A DNA stretch of 27,590 bases from Clostridia bacterium. GTDB taxonomy: Bacteria; Bacillota; Clostridia; Oscillospirales; CAG-382. The stretch's first letter is position 1. Every line of letters starts with the position of its first letter. The notes under the pieces were generated by a model, which saw only the letters and a list, made by a program, of their open reading frames with translations, ran no database searches and was not told the DNA's origin. The translations under genes and the position numbers were made by a program. Location: positions 1 to 27,590 of the forward strand of contig JAFVXP010000069.1 of the NCBI GenBank assembly GCA_017501055.1. The letters run 5' to 3'. Of the stretch, positions 1 to 8,643 are shown one piece after another.

Positions 1-161
1 ATCTCGTGTGCAAGATAAACGTCGATAACGAGCCCGAATTGGCTTCTCTTTTCGAGGTCTCAAGCATACCCACGCTCGTTGTTCTCAAAGACGGAAATAT
101 CGTTTCCCGTTCGTCGGGCGCAAGACCCAAGCCCCAAATTCTCCAAATGCTGGAAGATTAG
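1..161 (+). CDS. trxA: Thioredoxin, C-terminal part (5' end outside window)
   Basis: Frame from nt 3 reads LVCKINVDNEPELASLFEVSSIPTLVVLKDGNIVSRSSGARPKPQILQMLED* (TAG 159-161), a thioredoxin C-terminal pattern (KINVD, SIPTL). Lies 3 nt upstream of trxB. The WCxxC motif is outside the window. Confidence 0.88.
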   Translation, partial: LVCKINVDNEPELASLFEVSSIPTLVVLKDGNIVSRSSGARPKPQILQMLED

Positions 162-164
162 GAT

Positions 165-1088
165 ATGGAAAAGATTTATGATATAATAATAATCGGCGGC
201 GGCCCTGCAGGCTATACGAGCGCATTATATGCCTCCCGAGCAGGGTTTGATACGCTGGTTATCGAAAGAATGTCTGTCGGCGGACAAATGGCGCTGACGG
301 ATATCATCGATAACTATCCCGGCTTTGAAGAGGGTGTTGACGGCTTCACGCTCGGCATGAAGATGCAACAGGGTGCAGAACGCTTTGGCGCAGCCACCGA
401 ATATGCCGACGTTAATTCTATTGACGTTTCGGATAAAATAAAAAAGGTTGAGACCTCAAACGGTGTTTTCCTTGCAAAGGTAATTATCATCGCAACGGGT
501 GCAAACCCAAGAGAATTGGGCTTGGAAAACGAAAAATCGCTTGTCGGCAGGGGAGTTCATTACTGCGCCCATTGCGACGGCAGATTTTATAAGGATAAGA
601 CCGTCGTTGTTGTCGGTGGGGGCAATTCCGCCGCATCGGACGCACTCTATCTTTCCAATATCGCAAAAAAGGTCTATCTTGTGCATAGACGCAATACCTT
701 ACGTGCAACAAAGATATATCACGAGCCCTTGATGAAATGCGAGAATATCGAATTTCTCTGGGACAGCGCAATAGCTTCCATAATTGCCGAAAACCGTGTT
801 TCGGGCGTTGAAATAAAGAATCTAAAAACCCAAAAGACGGAAAATATTGATTGTGACGGTCTTTTTGTAAGCATCGGCAGACAGCCTGCAACCGAATTTT
901 TAAAGGGTGTTATCGACCTTGACGAATACGGATATATTATTGCAGATGAATCCACAAAAACGAATATTTCGGGAGTGTTTGCCGTCGGCGACGTTAGGCA
1001 AAAGGCGCTTCGCCAGGTCGTAACCGCCGTTTCGGACGGTGCGGTGGCGGTTCATTTTGCAGAAGAATATTTGCAAAATTTTAGTTGA
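165..1088 (+). CDS. trxB: Thioredoxin-disulfide reductase
   Basis: FAD motif IIGGGPAG, redox motif CAHCD, NADPH motif VVGGGNSA, C-terminal GVFAVGD; 307 aa. Confidence 0.96.
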   Translation: MEKIYDIIIIGGGPAGYTSALYASRAGFDTLVIERMSVGGQMALTDIIDNYPGFEEGVDGFTLGMKMQQGAERFGAATEYADVNSIDVSDKIKKVETSNGVFLAKVIIIATGANPRELGLENEKSLVGRGVHYCAHCDGRFYKDKTVVVVGGGNSAASDALYLSNIAKKVYLVHRRNTLRATKIYHEPLMKCENIEFLWDSAIASIIAENRVSGVEIKNLKTQKTENIDCDGLFVSIGRQPATEFLKGVIDLDEYGYIIADESTKTNISGVFAVGDVRQKALRQVVTAVSDGAVAVHFAEEYLQNFS

Positions 1089-1114
1089 TTTTATATATGC
1101 TTATATGGTAGAAT
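1085..1114 (+). promoter_or_regulatory. Possible sigma-A promoter for the desulfoferrodoxin gene
   Basis: TTGATT-N18-TAGAAT with TG extension; SD AGGAGG precedes ATG 1142. Confidence 0.4.
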
Positions 1115-1141
1115 AGAAAAAACCAATAGGAGGTATTTATT

Positions 1142-1768
1142 ATGTGTGAACCTAAATTCTATATTTGCGAGCGTTGCGGAAATCTTGTCGGAATGATACA
1201 TGCATCCGGCGTACCGATGATGTGCTGCGGTCAGAAAATGACAAAGCTCGAAGCAGGTACCGTTGATGCAAGCCGTGAAAAACACGTTCCCGTTGTTACC
1301 GTTGAAGGAAACACGGTTAGAGTTGATATCGGCTCTGTTGCTCACCCCATGACAGAGGAGCACAGCATTCTTTGGGTCTATCTCCAAACCGATAAGGGCG
1401 GTCAGCGTAAATGCTTGTCCGTTGGAAGCGAACCCGTTGTAACCTTTAACGTCGGCGACGAAAAGCCTCTTGCGGCTTATGCATATTGCAACCTTCACGG
1501 ACTTTGGATGGAAGAAATTAAGGAAGCTCCCGTTTGCAACTTAAAGCCCGTTGATACAAAGACGAAGGAAAACTATACCGTTTGCAACTGCAATAACGTA
1601 AGCTATTTTGATATTCTTGATGAAATACATAAGCATAAAGACATTAATAACCTTTTGGAGGTTTTTGAAGAAGTCAAGAATACCACCCATTGCTCAACCG
1701 GTTGCGGAGGTTGCTATGATAAAGTAATTCATATCATCTCCGAAACAATGATAAACGGCGACAGATAG
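1142..1768 (+). CDS. dfx: Desulfoferrodoxin (2Fe superoxide reductase) with C-terminal BFD-like [2Fe-2S] domain
   Basis: Centre I ligands C9, C12, C28, C29; centre II ligands E46, H48, H68, H74, C116, H119 (EKHVP, HPM..H, CNLHGLW). Extra C-terminal domain with C148xC150 and C184/C188xxC191. Confidence 0.9.
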   Translation: MCEPKFYICERCGNLVGMIHASGVPMMCCGQKMTKLEAGTVDASREKHVPVVTVEGNTVRVDIGSVAHPMTEEHSILWVYLQTDKGGQRKCLSVGSEPVVTFNVGDEKPLAAYAYCNLHGLWMEEIKEAPVCNLKPVDTKTKENYTVCNCNNVSYFDILDEIHKHKDINNLLEVFEEVKNTTHCSTGCGGCYDKVIHIISETMINGDR

Positions 1769-1770
1769 AC

Positions 1771-1897
1771 TACCCCACAAAACACACGGTTTTGCGGGGA
1801 CCCCGACAATCACCCCACAAAACACACGGTTTTGCGGGGACCCCGACAATCACCCCACAAAACACACGGTTTTGCGGGGACCCCGACAATCACCCCA
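1771..1897 (+). repeat. Three tandem copies of a 40-bp REP-like palindromic unit
   Basis: Unit CACCCCACAAAACACACGGTTTTGCGGGGACCCCGACAAT at 1771 (first base T), 1811 and 1851, plus partial copy 1891-1897; no spacers. Confidence 0.95.
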
Positions 1898-1932
1898 ATA
1901 AGTCTAACGACTTATCGGAAATACAGAAAACA

Positions 1933-1958
1933 AAAAGCGGAGTGAAAACTCCGCTTTT
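1933..1958. terminator. Intrinsic terminator-like hairpin
   Basis: AAAAGCGGAGT-GAAA-ACTCCGCTTTT, perfect 11-bp stem, downstream of dfx. Confidence 0.8.
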
Positions 1959-1977
1959 ATAAATTGTTTATAAAAAC

Positions 1978-2006
1978 TTGACAAAACACAAACAAAGTGT
2001 TAAAAT
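1978..2006 (+). promoter_or_regulatory. sigma-A promoter
   Basis: TTGACA(1978-83)-N17-TAAAAT(2001-06) with TG extension; SD AAGGAG precedes ATG 2071. Confidence 0.75.
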
Positions 2007-2070
2007 AAAAACAACAAATGCGTTACTATGATAAAATGGTGTGTAATAATATAAAGAAAGGAGATGCATT

Positions 2071-2580
2071 ATGAACGAACAGAACACGACCCCCGAATTG
2101 AACGCTACTGAAAATGAAGCTCTCGATAAGATGAGCCACGGCCTTAAGGAGATCTGGAAAATCATTATTTTCTGTTGCGTAGGCTGGCTTCTCATTACTG
2201 TCGGTTTGAAAATCACCCCTCTTCTCGCTATCGTTGGCGCACTCGTCATTTCCGTTCCGTCTGTAATTGCTGTAAGGAAATACGGCTTTAAGAACATTTT
2301 TAACTATGATTATCAAATAGTAACTACATACGCAGACGGTCATAAAACCTACGATGTCGATTTGGGCGGCAAATTGGGCATGATGGTAATTCAGCTCATC
2401 TTGACTATCCTCGTCGGCGTAGTTGTTACCCCCATAAGATATGTTGCATACTGCATTAAATTCAATGCAAACTGCAAAAAGCTGAACTGGAAGCCCGAAT
2501 TCAAAGAAGGCATCTTGCTTCCCACCGCTATCGGCGTTGGCGTATTTGTATTGGGCCTCATCTTGGCATCTGTACTCTAA
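2071..2580 (+). CDS. Hypothetical membrane protein (about 4 hydrophobic segments)
   Basis: 169 aa, own promoter, SD and terminator; hydrophobic stretches. Family not recognised. Confidence 0.8.
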   Translation: MNEQNTTPELNATENEALDKMSHGLKEIWKIIIFCCVGWLLITVGLKITPLLAIVGALVISVPSVIAVRKYGFKNIFNYDYQIVTTYADGHKTYDVDLGGKLGMMVIQLILTILVGVVVTPIRYVAYCIKFNANCKKLNWKPEFKEGILLPTAIGVGVFVLGLILASVL

Positions 2581-2594
2581 TCGTTTAAATTAAT

Positions 2595-2626
2595 AAAAAA
2601 ACGGAGCTTTTAGCTCCGCTTTTTTT
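2595..2626. terminator. Bidirectional terminator between convergent genes
   Basis: A-run, CGGAGCT-TTT-AGCTCCG, T-run. Confidence 0.85.
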
Positions 2627-4004
2627 ATTTCAAAAATATTCGTAATAACTTCTCAAAAAACTTGTTGTACGGCTGATAACGCATCGGCAGGTCGATAAAC
2701 GTCTTTTTGTCAACAATGGATTTGTAATGCGAAAATGCGTCGAACCCGTCCTTGCCGTGATAGGAGCCCATACCGCTTTCACCAACACCGCCAAACCCCA
2801 TTTCGCTTGTGGCAAGGTGGATTATAACGTCGTTGATACAACCGCCCCCGTAGGAAAGCTCTCTTGTAACACGATTGATATGCTTTTTGTTATGCGAGAA
2901 AAGATAAAGTGCAAGAGGTTTGTCCTTGTCTTTCAGATGATCGACTATTTTATCAAAATCGTCAAAGGTCAATATCGGCATTATCGGACCGAATATCTCT
3001 TCCTGCATAACTGCGTCGGATTCGGTCACGTTGTCCATAACCGTCGGCTCGATTTGGTTGGTTTCTGCGTCGGATTTTCCGCCGTAAACCACCTTTTCTT
3101 TGTCAATAAGACCGCAAATACGCATAAAATGCTTTTCGTTTATAATTTTGCCGTAATCGGTATTGTTTAAGGGGTCTTTTCCGTATTGCAGTTCGATCTG
3201 CTTGACGACCTCGGCAATAAATTTGTCCTTGACCGATTTTTCACAGAGAATATAGTCGGGCGCAACGCAGGTCTGACCGCAGTTTAGGTATTTACCAAAG
3301 ACGATACGCCTTGCGGCAAGCTCGATATTTGCACTGCCGTCAACAATGCAAGGGCTTTTACCGCCAAGCTCAAGCACAGCAGGTGTGAGATGCTCTGCCG
3401 TATGGTGCAGGACTTCCTTGCCGACAGCTTGACTGCCCGTGAAGAAAACAAAATCAAACTTCTGCTCAAGCAGAGCCTTGTTTTCATTTCTTCCGCCCGT
3501 CACGACGGAAATATATTCGGGAGAAAAACATTCAAGAATGATTTTTTCGATAATTACACTTGTGTTCTTCGAATATGCGCTCGGCTTTAGAATTGCCGTA
3601 TTTCCTGCGGCAATAGCGTTTGCAAGAGGACCTATCGTGAGAAGGAAGGGATAGTTCCAAGGGCTCATAATAAGTGTATTTCCGTAGGGAATAGGTTGAC
3701 GATAGCTTTTAGACGCAAATTGAGCCAACGGAGTTTTTACGGCTTTTCTTTTTGCAAATCTCTTTGTATGACGTATCATATACGAAATTTCGGACAAAGC
3801 CATACCTATCTCGCACATAAAGCCTTCAAAGTTGCTTTTTCCGAGGTCTGCTTTAAGGGCAAGACTGATTTCGTTTTCATACTTTTCGATACATGAATAT
3901 AGCTTTTTTAATTGCCCGATACGAAATTTAATATCAAGCGTAGCACCGCTTTTGTAAAAATCTCTCTGCTTTTCAAGCAAAGCCTTGATTTCTGCTTCTG
4001 TCAT
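2625..4004 (-). CDS. NAD(P)-dependent aldehyde dehydrogenase (ALDH3-like)
   Basis: SPWNYP, FTGSQAVG, catalytic LELGGKSP (Glu) and NCGQTCVAPD (Cys), EEIFGP; 459 aa. Confidence 0.93.
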   Translation of the reverse strand: MTEAEIKALLEKQRDFYKSGATLDIKFRIGQLKKLYSCIEKYENEISLALKADLGKSNFEGFMCEIGMALSEISYMIRHTKRFAKRKAVKTPLAQFASKSYRQPIPYGNTLIMSPWNYPFLLTIGPLANAIAAGNTAILKPSAYSKNTSVIIEKIILECFSPEYISVVTGGRNENKALLEQKFDFVFFTGSQAVGKEVLHHTAEHLTPAVLELGGKSPCIVDGSANIELAARRIVFGKYLNCGQTCVAPDYILCEKSVKDKFIAEVVKQIELQYGKDPLNNTDYGKIINEKHFMRICGLIDKEKVVYGGKSDAETNQIEPTVMDNVTESDAVMQEEIFGPIMPILTFDDFDKIVDHLKDKDKPLALYLFSHNKKHINRVTRELSYGGGCINDVIIHLATSEMGFGGVGESGMGSYHGKDGFDAFSHYKSIVDKKTFIDLPMRYQPYNKFFEKLLRIFLK

Positions 4005-4066
4005 TATTTTTCTCCGCTATAAATGGAAAATCAGAATCCTGTACCCTAAAATATAATAAAATTCTT

Positions 4067-4245
4067 GTTTTTTTCAAGGACAGGCGCCTTGAAAAAAACT
4101 CCTTAGAGATTCGCAAATCGGGACATTTATGCACCGATTTGGCGTGAGCGAACGAATCTCACAAAAGACGAATAAAATCGCAAGATTTTATTCGAGAGCG
4201 AAGCGACCGTCGGGGTCCCCGAAAATGAGGAACGAATTTTTGGGG
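4067..4245. repeat. Cluster of four palindromes (REP-like composite)
   Basis: 13-bp IR 4067-4099; nested GAGATTCG/CGAATCTC and CAAATCGG/CCGATTTG IRs 4106-4160; 11-bp IR 4169-4194; GGGGACCCC-core unit 4209-4245 on the minus strand. Confidence 0.75.
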
Positions 4246-5283
4246 CTATGAAATGAACATTGCATCTCCGAAGGAGAAGAATCTGTACTTTTTCTCAACA
4301 GCTTCCCTATACGCATTCATCGTATTCTCATATCCCGCAAAGGCGCAAACAAGCATAATAAGCGTGCTTTCGGGAAGGTGAAAGTTTGTGATCATCGCAT
4401 CAACACATTTAAACCTAACACCGGGGTGAATGAATATAGAGGTGTCACCCTCGTAGGGACGGACGATTCCGTCGTCGCCCGTCGCCGTTTCAAGCGTGCG
4501 GACGCTTGTTGTACCAACGGCAATAACTCTGCCTCCACGCTCGTGAACGGCATTGATTCTTTCTGCCGCCTCGGGCGTGACCTTTATATATTCGGAATGC
4601 ATTGTGTGGTTTTTAAGGTCGTCTTCCTTAACGGGACGGAAGGTGCCAAGTCCAACGTGAAGAAGCACACGGACGATCTCAACACCCTTTTCCTCTGCTT
4701 TTTTCAAAAGCTCGGGTGTGAAATGCAATCCTGCCGTAGGTGCGGCGGCAGAGCCGTCTGTCTTTGCATAGACGGTCTGGTAACGTGATTTATCCTCAAG
4801 CTTCTTTGTGATATACGGGGGAAGGGGCATAAGTCCCACACGGTCGAGAATCTCGTTGAAAACGCCGTTATATTCAAAATCAATAACACGAATTCCGCCT
4901 TCCAAAACGTCGATAACCGTGCCCGAAAGTTCTTCGGAATATACGATCTTCTGTCCGACCTTGGTTTTCTTGCCGGGACGGGTCAGGCATTTCCAAACCT
5001 CGCCTTCACCCTCGTGACGGGAAAGAAGGACGGTTTCAATCTCGCCTGCTCTGCCCTCTGCACGGCCGAAAAGACGTGCGGGAATAACCTTGGTATCGTT
5101 GATAACAAGGCAGTCGCCTGCATTAAGGCTGTCAATTATATCGTGAAAGACCTTGTGCTCTGTATTTCCGCTTTCCTTGTCGAGACACAAAAGACGTGAT
5201 TCGTCACGAACGACCGCCGGTGTCTGTGCGATAAGCTCTTCGGGGAGATTATAATAATAGGAAGAACGCTTTAAAAGATCCAT
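4246..5283 (-). CDS. queA: S-adenosylmethionine:tRNA ribosyltransferase-isomerase
   Basis: YNLPEELIAQTP, VINDTKVIPARL, MPLPPYI, AAPTAGLHF, LHVGLGTF, VGTTSVRTLE, TNFHLPEST, FFSFGDAM. Confidence 0.97.
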   Translation of the reverse strand: MDLLKRSSYYYNLPEELIAQTPAVVRDESRLLCLDKESGNTEHKVFHDIIDSLNAGDCLVINDTKVIPARLFGRAEGRAGEIETVLLSRHEGEGEVWKCLTRPGKKTKVGQKIVYSEELSGTVIDVLEGGIRVIDFEYNGVFNEILDRVGLMPLPPYITKKLEDKSRYQTVYAKTDGSAAAPTAGLHFTPELLKKAEEKGVEIVRVLLHVGLGTFRPVKEDDLKNHTMHSEYIKVTPEAAERINAVHERGGRVIAVGTTSVRTLETATGDDGIVRPYEGDTSIFIHPGVRFKCVDAMITNFHLPESTLIMLVCAFAGYENTMNAYREAVEKKYRFFSFGDAMFIS

Positions 5284-5431
5284 ATATAAAATCCTTTTCT
5301 TCGTTGTCGAACGATAGATTTAGAGAATAAACTTATTGTGAGGAGATATTTAACAAAAAAGATTATACTATAACAACAACAAGAATTCAATACTCCGCTT
5401 TACAAAAAAGGAGTGAAAGGAAAAACCTCGT

Positions 5432-6313
5432 ATGAAAAAAGAATTAATTTTCAGAGGTGTTGCAACAGCGCTCGCAACGCCGTTTGATGCACACGGGATA
5501 GACTACAGGGCTTTTGCAAAAATGATAGATTTCCAATTAACCAACGGTGTCGATGCGCTGGTCGTGTGCGGAACGACGGGCGAGGCGTCAACGCTTACCG
5601 ATTCCGAAAAACGTGAGCTTATTGATTTTGCCGTAAAGCAAACGAGAAAACGTGTGCCCGTTATAGCAGGCACGGGCGGTAACGATACGAAAAAGGCGTG
5701 CGCCCTTTCGGAATATGCCGCTTCCGTTAATGCAGATGCGATACTTGCCGTCACACCCTATTATAATAAATGCACTCAAAAAGGACTTTTAAGCTATTAT
5801 AACGATATTGCGTCGGCTTCGGGTCTGCCTTTTATAGCTTACAGCGTCCCTGCAAGAACGGGAATGAGGATAGAGCCCGAAACGGCAAAAAGAATATCCG
5901 AAAATCCGCTTGCCTTGGGTTTTAAAGACGCAGGCGACAGTATATCCGATACCGCAAAGGTAATCTCGCTCTGCAGAGAAGACCTGCCGATATATTCGGG
6001 CAACGACGACCGTATTATCCCCGTCCTTTCGCTTGGCGGAAACGGAGTTATATCGGTTATGTCAAACCTTATCCCAAAGGAAGTTAAAAAGCTTTGCTCG
6101 CTGTTCTTCGACGGAGAGATTAGACGTGCCGCAAAATTGCAGACCGAATTAATACCGCTTTGCGATATTTTAAGAAGTGAGGTCAACCCGATTCCCTTAA
6201 AAGCGGCACTTGCCGAAAAAGGGCTTTGCCAAAACATTCTCCGTGCGCCGTTAACAAACCTTTCGGAAGAATATACAGAGCAATTAAAAAAGGTCATGTC
6301 GGAATTGGAATGA
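5432..6313 (+). CDS. dapA: 4-hydroxy-tetrahydrodipicolinate synthase
   Basis: CGTTGE, IAGTG, VTPYYNK, Y-S-V-P-A-R-T-G, Schiff-base Lys in GFKDAG, YSGND, NPIPLK. Confidence 0.85.
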   Translation: MKKELIFRGVATALATPFDAHGIDYRAFAKMIDFQLTNGVDALVVCGTTGEASTLTDSEKRELIDFAVKQTRKRVPVIAGTGGNDTKKACALSEYAASVNADAILAVTPYYNKCTQKGLLSYYNDIASASGLPFIAYSVPARTGMRIEPETAKRISENPLALGFKDAGDSISDTAKVISLCREDLPIYSGNDDRIIPVLSLGGNGVISVMSNLIPKEVKKLCSLFFDGEIRRAAKLQTELIPLCDILRSEVNPIPLKAALAEKGLCQNILRAPLTNLSEEYTEQLKKVMSELE

Positions 6314-6320
6314 TGACACG

Positions 6321-6355
6321 AAAAAAGCAGGGTTCAAATAAAACCCTGCTTTTTT
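6321..6355. terminator. Bidirectional terminator (dapA / rnhA)
   Basis: AAAAAAGCAGGGTT-caaata-AAACCCTGCTTTTTT. Confidence 0.9.
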
Positions 6356-6358
6356 ATA

Positions 6359-6796
6359 TTACATAAAACTTTCTGCTTTGTTGCTTGCCAACGTGTCGCA
6401 ACGTTCGTTATAAATATGACCGTCGTGACCCTTGACCCATATAAATTTAACGGTGTGCTTTTGGAGAAGAACGTCAAGCTCTTTCCAAAGGTCGTCGTTC
6501 AATACCTTTGATCTATCGGCTTTTTTCCAACCCTTGCTTTTCCAATTTTCAAGCCAACCCTTGTTTATGGCGTTTATAAGATATTGCGAATCGCTGTATA
6601 GATTGACGTTACATTCGGTCTTTAGTGCCTTAAGACCTTCGATTGCGGCAATAAGCTCCATGCGGTTGTTTGTCGTGGGATTTTCACCGCCGCAAAGCTC
6701 TTTTTCTCTGCCGTCATATTCAAGTATAGCCGCCCAGCCGCCCGAACCGGGGTTGCCCTTACAAGCGCCGTCGGTATAAATATTTACGGTTTTCAA
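6359..6796 (-). CDS. rnhA: Ribonuclease HI
   Basis: [39 protein letters not shown]. Confidence 0.96.
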   Translation of the reverse strand: MKTVNIYTDGACKGNPGSGGWAAILEYDGREKELCGGENPTTNNRMELIAAIEGLKALKTECNVNLYSDSQYLINAINKGWLENWKSKGWKKADRSKVLNDDLWKELDVLLQKHTVKFIWVKGHDGHIYNERCDTLASNKAESFM

Positions 6797-6799
6797 TTA

Positions 6800-7729
6800 T
6801 CAGACACCCTTTATCTTTTGCATTCTAATATCTTTTCCCACAAACTGAAGAACACGAAATTCCCCAAGAAGACGGGAAAGCAATCTCTCGCCGTAGGTCT
6901 TGCGTATCATCGCAGGGGAAAGGTTTGTGCTTATAACAGTCTTTCTGCCGTTGACGATACGAAGGTCGATAAGACTTGTAATAGCCGAAACGCTGTATTG
7001 AGTAATACATTCTGCGCCGAGGTCGTCAATTATAAGCAGACCGCAGTTTTCATATTTCTTGCGTTCCGAAATATCAAGACGGTTAAAGCGTACCGCATCG
7101 ACGGTATCAAAGATCTGCTGTGCGGATTCATAAATGACCGAAATACCCTTTGATGCAACCTTGTTGCCGATAGCGGCGGAAAGATGGGTCTTGCCCAATC
7201 CCGTACCGCCAAAGAAGATTAGTCCTGCAGAATCGTCGTTCGGGAAATTCTCTGCATATTTGATACAGCCGTTGAGAATATCCTGCATCTTCTTTCTCTC
7301 ACCGTTTTCCTCGGAAAAATAGGAAAGAGAAAAGTTTTCAAAGCTCTTGCCCGAAAGACCGCCCGCAAGGTGCGATTCCTGATAGCTTTCGCTTGCCGCC
7401 AAAGACTTTACACATTCGCAGATCTTAAGCCCGTCGGCATATCCGCTGTCGTTGCAGAGGGTACATTCAAACTTCGGCTCGTCATAATCTGCAGTATAGC
7501 CGTAAGCCGAAAGCAAACGTGCTCTTTCTTCGTTAAGACTTACCGATTCCGCCTTCAATACCTCTGCGCTTTCACCGGAAAGCAAGCGGAAGGCAAATGC
7601 TTCGATCTGCTTGTCGATCTGTTTAATACGGGGAATTCTTGAATGAAGCTCGTCACGTTTTTTCGATGCTTCGTCAAGGAGCGCTATTCTTTTTTCGTTC
7701 TTTATGCTCAAAGCCTGATTAATATTCAT
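6800..7729 (-). CDS. DnaC/IstB-like helicase-loader ATPase
   Basis: Zn-binding CTLC..G......C.C, Walker A GGTGLGKT, Walker B LLIIDDLG, ISTNL; follows a DnaD-domain gene as in Clostridia. Confidence 0.88.
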   Translation of the reverse strand: MNINQALSIKNEKRIALLDEASKKRDELHSRIPRIKQIDKQIEAFAFRLLSGESAEVLKAESVSLNEERARLLSAYGYTADYDEPKFECTLCNDSGYADGLKICECVKSLAASESYQESHLAGGLSGKSFENFSLSYFSEENGERKKMQDILNGCIKYAENFPNDDSAGLIFFGGTGLGKTHLSAAIGNKVASKGISVIYESAQQIFDTVDAVRFNRLDISERKKYENCGLLIIDDLGAECITQYSVSAITSLIDLRIVNGRKTVISTNLSPAMIRKTYGERLLSRLLGEFRVLQFVGKDIRMQKIKGV

Positions 7730-7740
7730 AGCTTTTCCTT

Positions 7741-8631
7741 TCAGTCATCAAAGCCTCGGCTTAATGCCGCTTCGATAAATTCATCGCCTGCAAAGCTTGT
7801 TTCCTGTCCTGCAGACCTGCCTGCGTCGTTTGCTTCAACGTCGGCAAGGGAGGTGAGTCCGCTGTCGTGCCAACGGCGCAGGATTCCGTTCATATATGTC
7901 GTGGAGAGCTTGCCTGTCGAATCAACAGTCTTTTCGTATGCCGAAGAAACCATTTCAAACGGAAAATTCCATTCACCGAACCAGCAATCAAACATCTTCT
8001 TTTCCTTAGACGTGAGTGCTCTGTCGCCCATACCGAGAAGCTTGCGAAGACGGCCGATATTGCTGTTGATAGCTTCTTTGCGTGCAAGATACGCTTCAAA
8101 CTTTTCGTAGGTATCAATACCGTCGTCATAAAGCGCAATAGCCTGCTTGTATATGTATTGAAGCGAACGCTTTTCGTTTGCACAGCAATCCTCGATTATA
8201 CCGCAGATGACCGAAGGGGGCATCCTGACGAAATCGTAAAGATAGAAAAGCGAGCTGTAATCGTTTTTATTAAGCTGTTTTTCAAGCTTTTCGCCTGCAA
8301 TACGGCAGACCATTGAAAAATCGGTATCCTTTTCAATAGCGTCGGAAAGTGTTGCCGAATCATAATTTCTGTATGCGCTCGTATCGTTTGCAACAGCTTT
8401 CTTTTTCTCCGTTCCTTCTTCAAAAATACCTGCACCTCTCCAGAAGGCAAAGGCAGATTCGACAGCAGCAACAGTCAAGCCCGTTTCCTTTGCCGCATCG
8501 GCAACGGAAGAATCGGGATTTGCAAAGAAATATATAAGAATTTTAAGCTCTTCCGCCGTGGCATTCTTCAACCGTGCCAAAACTTCTTTCGGTAACGGGA
8601 TAATGCTGTCAAAAGGTGTTTTTATCGGCAT
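7741..8631 (-). CDS. DnaD/DnaB-domain replication protein
   Basis: Two DnaD-like repeats (SLQYIYK..; LSTTYMNGILRRWHDSGLTS) and an N-terminal HTH-like segment. Confidence 0.82.
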   Translation of the reverse strand: MPIKTPFDSIIPLPKEVLARLKNATAEELKILIYFFANPDSSVADAAKETGLTVAAVESAFAFWRGAGIFEEGTEKKKAVANDTSAYRNYDSATLSDAIEKDTDFSMVCRIAGEKLEKQLNKNDYSSLFYLYDFVRMPPSVICGIIEDCCANEKRSLQYIYKQAIALYDDGIDTYEKFEAYLARKEAINSNIGRLRKLLGMGDRALTSKEKKMFDCWFGEWNFPFEMVSSAYEKTVDSTGKLSTTYMNGILRRWHDSGLTSLADVEANDAGRSAGQETSFAGDEFIEAALSRGFDD

Positions 8632-8643
8632 TTTTTGCTCCTT

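Noticed and set aside
1771-1897. CRISPR array
   Set aside because: Repeats are head-to-tail with no spacers, no cas genes are in the window, and the same unit occurs singly elsewhere.
5337-5435. Leader ORF overlapping the dapA start (ATGA), or lysine riboswitch
   Set aside because: No ATG/GTG/TTG in that frame after the upstream stop; the intergenic region is too short and lacks L-box motifs.
6800-8631. Prophage replication module (DnaD + DnaC)
   Set aside because: Embedded among murI, ddl and rnhA with no integrase, structural or lysis genes; matches the chromosomal Clostridial pair.
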